This document shows positions 1-6,269 of a DNA stretch of 48,136 bases, piece after piece (positions within the stretch are counted from its first letter, which is position 1; every line of letters begins with the position of its first letter). The stretch comes from a virus. Both the position numbers and the translations under genes were made by a program. The stretch lies in IMG/VR virus record IMGVR_UViG_3300033977_000008, positions 1-48,136 of that record; one strand, 5' to 3'. Under the pieces are notes generated by a model. That model had not been told where the DNA came from. It was given only the letters and a program-made list of their open reading frames with translations, and did not search any database.

Positions 1-127
1 CCACCGCCGCTTCTACTTCCTGTGACCACTGCGCGAACTGCTCAAACGTCTTCACGCTTCCTCCTTTATGAACGGTCTTGGATCGGCCGGCAAAGGGAAG
101 CCCGGACTGATACGGCCCAAGCGCTCG
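1..127. repeat. Terminal direct repeat, copy 1; identical to 48010..48136. Circular-assembly overlap or short DTR
   Basis: Bases 1..127 (ccaccgccgcttctacttcc...caagcgctcg) recur exactly as the last 127 bases of the window. Confidence 0.95.
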
Positions 128-279
128 CCACAGAATAGATAGGCCGTATTGGGAATTGGCCGGCTAATGATCGCTTGCGCGGTCGCTTTAGCTTCGGTGA
201 TGCCGACAAAATCTGCGATACGCTCCGGTCGGTACTTTTCGGTAAGAGGTTGCGGGAAATCTAGTGAAAGTGTTTTCAT
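52..279 (-). CDS. 75-aa protein resembling only the N-terminus of an AAA+ clamp loader / RFC (KYRP box), ending before a Walker A
   Basis: Strong SD (GGAGGGAGGA) precedes ATG 279. Motif PLTEKYRPERIADFVGITEAKA...AYLFCG resembles T4 gp44/RFC (eQKYRPstidE..). No GxxGxGKT follows. Confidence 0.5.
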   Translation of the reverse strand: MKTLSLDFPQPLTEKYRPERIADFVGITEAKATAQAIISRPIPNTAYLFCGERLGRISPGFPLPADPRPFIKEEA

Positions 280-368
280 ATCCGTATCCTCCCTCCAGCC
301 CCACGGTTCCCTTCCCCGAACTTGAGAGGGCACTTATGAAAGCCGCGAGGCTGGAGGCAGAGCGCGAG

Positions 369-617
369 CTAGCGTCTACCGTTCCACACGTTGCCTTTCT
401 TGGTTTCCTCCCACGTGCCTAGCAGCTTGGACGAGCCGTGCCCATTGCTGCCACCTGTGAGATATACTCTGATTTCGTCGTGCCCGTCTACATGCATGGC
501 ATCGAGCGATACACCGACGTTCCAACCATTTGCCGTAACTTGGAGTCCGCTGTCCTTGCTTCCCAGCCTCGATGCTGGACCTCTAAAACCTTGAATTGTT
601 CCCCTGAATTGTGCCAT
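369..617 (-). CDS. Hypothetical early protein, 82 aa
   Basis: ORF with a strong SD (AAGGAGAGG) 6 nt upstream of ATG 617. No recognisable motif. Confidence 0.6.
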   Translation of the reverse strand: MAQFRGTIQGFRGPASRLGSKDSGLQVTANGWNVGVSLDAMHVDGHDEIRVYLTGGSNGHGSSKLLGTWEETKKGNVWNGRR

Positions 618-656
618 TGTCTGACCTCTCCTTTCGAGTGCGGCTGCCTGCTTGCG

Positions 657-824
657 TCAGGACTTAGGCCGTTCAATGTCATAAAGTTTAACGCGCTGAA
701 TGCGTAGCTTCGCCAGTTTCCGCTCTGCCTTATCAAACCGTGCCAGCGATCGGCGTGCTGCGCGTTGTCGTTCGCGGATGGCTTTCTCGATCAGTTGGTC
801 TAGTTGGATAATCGTCATTAACAT
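657..824 (-). CDS. Small basic coiled-coil protein, 55 aa
   Basis: Internal ATG 824 (MLMTIIQLDQL...) with GGTGA upstream. Charged helical sequence. The start is uncertain; the ORF track begins at 887. Confidence 0.4.
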   Translation of the reverse strand: MLMTIIQLDQLIEKAIRERQRAARRSLARFDKAERKLAKLRIQRVKLYDIERPKS

Positions 825-936
825 TGTTTCACCACGATTTTGATGGCTTGGCGAATCTCGCGCGTCAGCGTGGATCGAAATGCCCAATAGAGCCGTATTG
901 TTAGAATGATTGCCCGCATTTTAGCACCTTTATAAT

Positions 937-1011
937 TGGGGTGAGCGGTGAGAATCGGACTCACGTTTCCGCGTTCACAGCGCGGCGTTCTACCATTGAA
1001 CTACGCTTACC
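937..1011 (-). tRNA. tRNA-His (anticodon GTG) with encoded G-1 and CCA
   Basis: Hand fold: G-1, acceptor GTAAGCG/CGCTCAC (one A3.C70 mismatch), D arm GTTC-AATGGTA-GAAC, anticodon arm CCGCG-CTGTGAA-CGCGG, variable loop AAAC, T arm GTGAG-TCCGATT-CTCAC, C73, CCA. Confidence 0.8.
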
Positions 1012-1014
1012 GCA

Positions 1015-1090
1015 TGGCGGAGCGTATGGGATTCGCACCCATGATCTCAGCATTGACAGTGCCGCGAGAACTCTCCTTCTCCAACGCTCC
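1015..1090 (-). tRNA. tRNA-Asp (anticodon GTC) with encoded CCA
   Basis: Hand fold: acceptor GGAGCGT/ACGCTCC, U8, D arm GAGA-AGGAGAGT-TCTC, anticodon arm CGGCA-CTGTCAA-TGCTG, variable loop AGATC, T arm ATGGG-TGCGAAT-CCCAT, G73, CCA. 76 nt, 3 nt upstream of tRNA-His. Confidence 0.85.
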
Positions 1091-1109
1091 GGGCTTACTT
1101 TCTGTTTCA

Positions 1110-1146
1110 GGCACATTTATATTGCAAGACATGTGCCAAACTGCAA
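1110..1146 (-). promoter_or_regulatory. Candidate minus-strand promoter for the tRNA/early block, overlapped by a 7-bp inverted repeat
   Basis: Minus strand reads TTGCAG (1141..1146)-N19-TATAAA (1116..1121), about 25 nt upstream of tRNA-Asp. The inverted repeat GGCACAT (1110..1116) / ATGTGCC (1131..1137) overlaps the -10 and most of the spacer. Confidence 0.35.
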
Positions 1147-1317
1147 GTGTTTGAAACTAAACATGTAGCCTATCTAAATAGAGGAATTTTGTGACCGCGA
1201 ATAAACAGCGAAAGTATACGTTAAATTTCTGATTCTAAGAAGATTGCCCATTTGCGTCAGCAGGCTAGACACTTTTTGACTCGCACTGCGGCTGGTTCGG
1301 TTCTGAAAATTGGCTGA

Positions 1318-1365
1318 AATTACTCAGTAATTGTGCTTGCGCGGTCGGCTTGCCCATGTTATAAG
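1318..1365 (+). promoter_or_regulatory. Operator-like palindrome followed by a plus-strand promoter abutting ATG 1371
   Basis: Palindrome AATTACT-C-AGTAATT at 1318..1332. TTGCGC (1337..1342)-N17-TATAAG (1360..1365). ATG 1371 lies 5 nt after the -10. Confidence 0.45.
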
Positions 1366-1370
1366 AAATC

Positions 1371-1847
1371 ATGCCTGGTCCTGTGTCACAAGTTCCAATT
1401 GCGGTTAGAGACGGTAAGCGCGGCAAAGCGCCGCTGATTCGCAAGCTCAAGATGCGTTACCCGGAACTCGGAGAATCGGCGATTGCTCGTCGCGTAGGAT
1501 GCAGTGCCGCTAACGTTCATCACGTCCTTAAACGCTTCCTCGGCGATAATCATTCCGAAGCTGAATTGCGACGCTATCAGCAAGAAAAAGCTGATATCTT
1601 TGATGCAATTCAAATGAGAAATCTTGAGTCTATAACGAACAAGGACATCAAGAAAAGCTCGATGCTTCAACGAGTTACGGGGGCGGCGATCCTTGAAGAT
1701 AAGGCGCGGATCATCCGGGGACAGGCTACCAGTATAGACGTTCATGTACTCCTGGATGCTGTTTCAGCGGTGCGAGAAATCCGCAGATCAGGTCAGGAAA
1801 GGGGCAAAAATGTTAACCAACTTATGACATCTAGTGATTCTAAATAA
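1371..1847 (+). CDS. HTH protein, candidate small terminase subunit or module regulator
   Basis: HTH-like ESAIARRVGCSAANVHHVLKRF near the N-terminus, followed by a helical C-terminal half. First gene of the packaging-side operon, about 1.5 kb upstream of TerL. Leaderless-type promoter geometry supports ATG 1371. Confidence 0.45.
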   Translation: MPGPVSQVPIAVRDGKRGKAPLIRKLKMRYPELGESAIARRVGCSAANVHHVLKRFLGDNHSEAELRRYQQEKADIFDAIQMRNLESITNKDIKKSSMLQRVTGAAILEDKARIIRGQATSIDVHVLLDAVSAVREIRRSGQERGKNVNQLMTSSDSK

Positions 1848-1886
1848 TTTATAGGTTGACATAATTCCTTTTATCAGACGAACGCA

Positions 1887-1915
1887 GGATTTTCAACGGA
1901 TTTTGTGCGCATTTT
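1887..1915. repeat. Three 11-bp phased repeats (GGATTTT / GGATTTT / GCATTTT)
   Basis: Copies at 1887, 1898 and 1909, exactly helical-repeat phased T-tracts, in the intergenic region after the TerS-like gene. Confidence 0.6.
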
Positions 1916-2023
1916 CACAAGCCTGAAAAGAGAGCCTATCGACGACCCGATCCCCCCATAGACCACCCCCGCCTGCGAATTTACATATCCTCTCCAAGCG
2001 CTTTTCCCTAAAAGATGCCTTAC

Positions 2024-2079
2024 GGGAATCCGTATTCCGATTTCTCTTGACATAGAGGGAAGGGAATACGTATTACTAT
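2024..2079 (+). promoter_or_regulatory. Sigma70-like promoter bracketed by two copies of a 15-bp partial palindrome (operator pair)
   Basis: GGGAATCCGTATTCC (2024..2038) and GGGAATACGTATTAC (2062..2076) match at 13 of 15 positions. TTGACA at 2047..2052. The -10 is TATTAC 2071..2076 (N18) or TACTAT 2074..2079. ATG at 2086. Confidence 0.5.
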
Positions 2080-2085
2080 TAGGCT

Positions 2086-2436
2086 ATGCTTCATAACAAA
2101 CCCGAATTTGATTGCATTCCTACGCCAGAGTGGTTGATGCGGCTCTTTGAAGGATTTCACGACCCATTCCCATTAGGGTGTGAGAACCCCGTTCCACCAA
2201 AAGCTGGAGACAAGATTTTTGCGAATCCAGGCTACTCACGGAAAGAAAGCGCTGCGGAGATGTGTATAAAGTGGCATCAGGCAGGGCATTATGTTGCCCT
2301 ACTCGTTCCAATCGAGACATCTACGCGATTTGCGAAAAGGCTCATTCAATACGGTGTTGAGCGCGTATATTTCGAGCACCGGATTTTCCCTAACTGTCGT
2401 GGAGTTGAATTACTTATTTTGGTTGGTGCTGCATGA
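2086..2436 (+). CDS. Compact phage Dam-family (PF05869-like) N6-adenine methyltransferase homologue with NPGY in place of NPPY
   Basis: The order TPEWLMRLF...DPFP...FANPGYS...VALLVPIETSTRF...RIF matches the phage Dam layout (TP..., DPxx, NPPYS, lvP..t.t.wf, Ri.F). Only 116 aa. Confidence 0.4.
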   Translation: MLHNKPEFDCIPTPEWLMRLFEGFHDPFPLGCENPVPPKAGDKIFANPGYSRKESAAEMCIKWHQAGHYVALLVPIETSTRFAKRLIQYGVERVYFEHRIFPNCRGVELLILVGAA

Positions 2437-2861
2437 GGCCGAAGAGCGAGAATCCACGGTGCAGGCTGGTAACAATAAAGCTGACAGACGAGGAGTTTGG
2501 CAGATGGCGGACAGCGGCAGGGCCACGGGCGTTGAGCGTTTGGATACGCGAAGTTTGTTTTGGATTTTTGGATGAAGTACATAAATTAGCGAAGGAGATC
2601 AGCGATGAAGGTTTGCAACGGCAACAGGAAGATGGCAAGGTAGCACGAACCAATAGTGCACAACTCAACAAAATGCCCGCTGTGCATAGAATGGGAAAGG
2701 TGCAACCGACTGCTGAAAGAACTCGCCGAACTGAAAAGATTATATCTAAGCCACCAAAAGGCAGCAAGTGGGGTTACGAGAGTTGGCGGCAAGTAAGTGA
2801 GAGGCTGGGTCGGAATCCGACTGAAGCGGAGTGGGAGTTGTACCAGAAAGGACGACTATGA
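2433..2861 (+). CDS. Ribbon-helix-helix (CopG/MobC-like) domain protein
   Basis: N-terminal RLVTIKLTDEEFGRWRTAAG...LSVWIREV fits a beta-strand plus two helices of an RHH. ATGA-type overlaps with both neighbours. Confidence 0.45.
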   Translation: MRPKSENPRCRLVTIKLTDEEFGRWRTAAGPRALSVWIREVCFGFLDEVHKLAKEISDEGLQRQQEDGKVARTNSAQLNKMPAVHRMGKVQPTAERTRRTEKIISKPPKGSKWGYESWRQVSERLGRNPTEAEWELYQKGRL

Positions 2862-3322
2862 GCTATGAACATACGTTAGTCCCGGTGTCACGTTCGCAAG
2901 AAGCGATACGAAAACTTATTCTGCAAAACGGCGGTTCGGCTGTAGCGTTTGTATCTCAGCCACCGCGCGAGGGATTTGAAGCACAACTTGCGATTGATGC
3001 AGCAACCTATCGGGTGAGAATCCAGGCAGAAGCTAAGCCGAAAGAAAGAAAGCGCCGTAGGCGCTGGGGAAGATTGCCTCTAAAAGACCCCTCAGAAGAG
3101 GCTACCAAACGAGTATGGCGAGTTCTGTTCTTCCACCTCAAAAGTGTATTTGAAGCATCTGCTTCTGGTGTCATGGAACGCCGCGAGTTGTTGATGCCGT
3201 ACATCGTGACGAAAGACGGTAGGACGATTGCCGACCATATTTTACCTCGGCTTGAAGCAGCCGTGCAAGGCAAGCCCGAACGTTTGTTGCCGGAGAAATC
3301 GACAGGAGCAACTACTTCCTGA
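2858..3322 (+). CDS. Hypothetical protein with a KR-rich patch
   Basis: ATG 2858 overlaps the upstream stop (ATGA). 154 aa with KPKERKRRRRWG. No recognised motif. Confidence 0.5.
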   Translation: MSYEHTLVPVSRSQEAIRKLILQNGGSAVAFVSQPPREGFEAQLAIDAATYRVRIQAEAKPKERKRRRRWGRLPLKDPSEEATKRVWRVLFFHLKSVFEASASGVMERRELLMPYIVTKDGRTIADHILPRLEAAVQGKPERLLPEKSTGATTS

Positions 3323-3346
3323 AAGAAGTTTAGAGTTTGTGGTAGG

Positions 3347-5080
3347 ATGCGGCTGATGAAGAACGCCAAACTTGAAGACGTTCTCGCAAAGCTGGGTAAC
3401 AAAAACGAGCCGATAGACTCGACCAAGGCGATTGCCGCCGTCGAATCTCTGATGAAGATTGGCTTGCTTCGCATGAACCGCATTCAAGAACCATTCATCA
3501 GAATCAAGAACAAATTTAGCCGAACTCCGAAAGTGCGGATTTTGGAGACGGGCGAGAAAGCTGGGAAAACGAGAGTAGGGATTGCTGAAGACATAGCCCA
3601 CGCGATGGGCTTCAGGCCGTGGCTTGAAGAGAGTGATCCCGATTGGAAGATTTCGGTCAGAGTTCCCAATGAAGGTTTAATTGGGTGCGAGACAATGGCC
3701 CAATCGGTAAACGCCAAAGTTGAACCTGAGTTGGAGACGCTCATACCGGCTCACTGTGCACCGGAATGGAAGCGGGATACGACGGGTGCCTTGAAGTGCG
3801 TCACGTTGCGCTACGACTATTTGGGCAACCGATGCGGAAGCACGATTCATATTCGCAGTTACAATCAAGAGCCTAAGACGTTTCTGGGAATTGACTACGC
3901 TTGGCAGCACTTCGATGAGCCTCCGCCAAGAGCAATCTTGATTGCCGTCCAGCGGGGAGCTGTAACCACCGATGCGCCAACCTGGTTTACCATGACACCT
4001 TTGACCGAGGCCTATCTTTACGATATGTTTTCCGTAAAGGCGTTCAATGCTGGCGGCACCGATCCCGACATCGCAGTATTTCGTGGTTCGATGTACGACA
4101 ACTGCCAAGATTACTGCCGTAAGTGCAATTGCTACATTCCCGAAAACGATCCCCTGAAAATGGCCGATGCTTTCCAAGAACGACCAGTTAATGTTTGCCC
4201 TAAGTGTGGCGAAGTGATGGGCTTTATCCCGTGGGCGGGCATTAAGAACTATCTGAAGCTGTTCATAGACCCTGACGAATTGGAAGCGCACACTGAGGGT
4301 AAGTGGGCACACCTTTCGGGATTGGTTTACAAAGAGTTGAACCGTGAGATTCATTTGTATCCAGATTTCGAGATTCCGCGAGAGTGGATGAAAGTCGAAG
4401 TCATTGATCCGCACGATGCGCGTCCTACTAGGTGGCTCTTTGCAGCAGTCTCGCCAGAGGAAGTGATTATCAACGGCAAGCCAGCCAATCGGATTCGCAT
4501 TTATGATTACCTCTTGGCAAATGGCAACGTCCATGAAATTGTGAAACAAGTACGAATGAAGCGTGCACAACATAATTACATCATGCCAGAAATGGTGATT
4601 CTGGATGCCAAGTTTGGAGCCAAGACTGTAAAAACAGTTGAGGTTACGACTTCCTGGGAAGAGGAACTCGACAAGGCTGGAATCAAGAATATCTACCTCT
4701 CGCATTCTGATCCTGGGGATATTGCCCTTGGTCACAAGCGAGTCAAGGAATATCTTAGGCCACACTATTCTCCGTTGCGCAATGCGGAGTTTCCTGCTAT
4801 GTTGTTCGCGGAGGAAGGGTGCCGTGGAGATCGCGGGCCAATTCAGGACATGTTCAATTATCAGTGGAAGCAGGGAACGGATAAGCCTGATGAAGCCTAC
4901 AAAGACTTCGCGGATTGTGTGAGGTATTTGGCTCTGGAGCAACCGGTTTATCGTTCACTGGAGCGTGAGCCTCAAAACGAAATGGACACACTCTTGAAAG
5001 GTTTGCCCGGACAACAGAAGGGCCAGCATGAGCGTTACAATCCTATGACTCACGGAATGAGAGTGGCACGGAATGCTTGA
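3347..5080 (+). CDS. terL: Terminase large subunit
   Basis: Walker A GEKAGKTRVG, Walker B-like WQHFDEPPP, C-terminal RNase H-like nuclease signatures (ILDAKFGAK, DFADCVRY), 577 aa, upstream of the portal. Contains a Cys-rich insertion. Confidence 0.9.
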   Translation: MRLMKNAKLEDVLAKLGNKNEPIDSTKAIAAVESLMKIGLLRMNRIQEPFIRIKNKFSRTPKVRILETGEKAGKTRVGIAEDIAHAMGFRPWLEESDPDWKISVRVPNEGLIGCETMAQSVNAKVEPELETLIPAHCAPEWKRDTTGALKCVTLRYDYLGNRCGSTIHIRSYNQEPKTFLGIDYAWQHFDEPPPRAILIAVQRGAVTTDAPTWFTMTPLTEAYLYDMFSVKAFNAGGTDPDIAVFRGSMYDNCQDYCRKCNCYIPENDPLKMADAFQERPVNVCPKCGEVMGFIPWAGIKNYLKLFIDPDELEAHTEGKWAHLSGLVYKELNREIHLYPDFEIPREWMKVEVIDPHDARPTRWLFAAVSPEEVIINGKPANRIRIYDYLLANGNVHEIVKQVRMKRAQHNYIMPEMVILDAKFGAKTVKTVEVTTSWEEELDKAGIKNIYLSHSDPGDIALGHKRVKEYLRPHYSPLRNAEFPAMLFAEEGCRGDRGPIQDMFNYQWKQGTDKPDEAYKDFADCVRYLALEQPVYRSLEREPQNEMDTLLKGLPGQQKGQHERYNPMTHGMRVARNA

Positions 5081-5570
5081 ATTTCGTGTTGAGAAACTGA
5101 ACCGCGAATTGATTGCCGAAATGCTTCCCATGCAGAAAGAGTATTGGGAAGATGTCGCCGCACCATTCCACCAGTTCCCACCTGACGTTGATTGGGAGAC
5201 TTACCTGAAAGCTCAAGACATTGGTCGTCTCATCGTGATTTGCGCCAGAAACGAAGCCGGAGAATTGAAGGGCGGCGCAATGGTCATAATGGGACCGCAT
5301 CCACACTATGCCTGTATTGGCGCGTCCTTGCCGCTCCTTTTTATCGAGCCTACATACCGACGCGGGATGGAAGGTCTGCGCCTTGTTTCGATGGCTGAGC
5401 GGGAAGCGGAGAAAGCCGGAGCGCAATTGATGATTACTCACGGCGGCATGCACAACGGAGTTTACCGATTGTTTGAAGTTATGAAATACTCGAACTTCGG
5501 TCAGTATTTCGTTAAAGTGCTGCCGAATGGCCCAAACGGAATTGCGCCAGTGTTCAAGGAGTTGAAGTGA
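5073..5570 (+). CDS. GNAT-family acetyltransferase-like protein
   Basis: IEPTYRRGMEGLRLVSMAEREAEKAGA resembles the acetyl-CoA-binding Q/RxxGxG/A segment followed by a helix. About 165 aa, typical GNAT size. Confidence 0.5.
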   Translation: MLEFRVEKLNRELIAEMLPMQKEYWEDVAAPFHQFPPDVDWETYLKAQDIGRLIVICARNEAGELKGGAMVIMGPHPHYACIGASLPLLFIEPTYRRGMEGLRLVSMAEREAEKAGAQLMITHGGMHNGVYRLFEVMKYSNFGQYFVKVLPNGPNGIAPVFKELK

Positions 5571-5999
5571 ATGCCTGATTTGCCTGAGCATGTACCCATT
5601 CTGCTAATTGATTTTGATGGTGTATTGCACTCCTACAAAAGCGGATGGACGGGTGCGTGCAACATCCCTGATCCTCCGATACCTGGGGCGATTAAATGGT
5701 TGGATTCCCTCGTTGAAGATGGCGAAGCAGTGTGTGCAATGGCTTCTCGATTTAGGGAATTTGATGTTTGCATTTTTTCAAGTCGTTCGCGTTATTGGGG
5801 AGGGCGTAAAGCGATGAAGCGCTGGCTCGTAAAGTGGGGATTCCCGGCTGACAAAATAGAAAACGTGAGATTCCCTCTTATGAAACCAGCAGCCTTTCTT
5901 CTCATTGATGATCGAGCCTTCAAATTCGAGGGAAGATTTCCTAGCATAGCAGAAATGTTAGCCTTCAAGCCGTGGCGAGTTTTGACGGAGGCAAAGTAA
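5571..5999 (+). CDS. HAD-superfamily phosphatase, 5'(3')-deoxyribonucleotidase-like
   Basis: Motif I ILLIDFDGVLH and the late acidic motif FLLIDDR. 142 aa. Starts immediately after the GNAT stop. Confidence 0.6.
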   Translation: MPDLPEHVPILLIDFDGVLHSYKSGWTGACNIPDPPIPGAIKWLDSLVEDGEAVCAMASRFREFDVCIFSSRSRYWGGRKAMKRWLVKWGFPADKIENVRFPLMKPAAFLLIDDRAFKFEGRFPSIAEMLAFKPWRVLTEAK

Positions 6000-6269
6000 A
6001 TGGGTGTGACAGCGCTTTTGGCTACACTTGCGGTCAGTGCGGCGGGGACAATTGGCACTGGTATCTATGAAGCCGTAGCCAAGCCATCACCGCCTCCCGC
6101 ACCTACTTCTGCTCAAACTGCTGCTCAGCAAGCTGAGGCTCAGCAGGCAGCGGCATTGGCTCAGGCGCAAGCGTTGACGGCAAGGCGGGGAATGGCTTCA
6201 ACAATTCTTACAAGCCCGCTTGGTGTGACAACTCAGCCGACTGTAGGACGTGCAACTTTGGGAGCTTGA
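6000..6269 (+). CDS. Small N-terminal-TM, Ala/Gln/Pro-rich protein
   Basis: Hydrophobic N-terminus (GVTALLATLAVSAAGTIGTGI), then PSPPPAP and an AQQA-rich helix. Tightly packed between the HAD gene and the portal. Confidence 0.5.
   Translation: MGVTALLATLAVSAAGTIGTGIYEAVAKPSPPPAPTSAQTAAQQAEAQQAAALAQAQALTARRGMASTILTSPLGVTTQPTVGRATLGA

Noticed and set aside
941-1168. Plus-strand ORFs 941..1168 and 948..1154.
   Set aside because: They coincide with the two minus-strand tRNA genes. They are explained by tRNA sequence rather than coding potential.
1856-1861. TTGACA at 1856 as a further promoter.
   Set aside because: No acceptable -10 hexamer lies 16-19 nt downstream, and no start codon follows with the geometry seen at the other four sites.
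4095-4215. An intein in TerL as the explanation for the Cys-rich insertion.
   Set aside because: The insert is only about 35-40 aa. It lacks splicing blocks (no C/S...HN-C/S/T junctions) and any endonuclease domain.
3677-4942. A 421-aa minus-strand ORF inside terL. Similar long antisense ORFs occur at 5043..5591, 8537..9049, 21566..22318 and 27625..28119.
   Set aside because: They lie fully inside well-supported plus-strand genes with clear motifs. They lack an RBS, have low-complexity or odd composition, and would break the uninterrupted coupled operon. They are treated as shadow ORFs.
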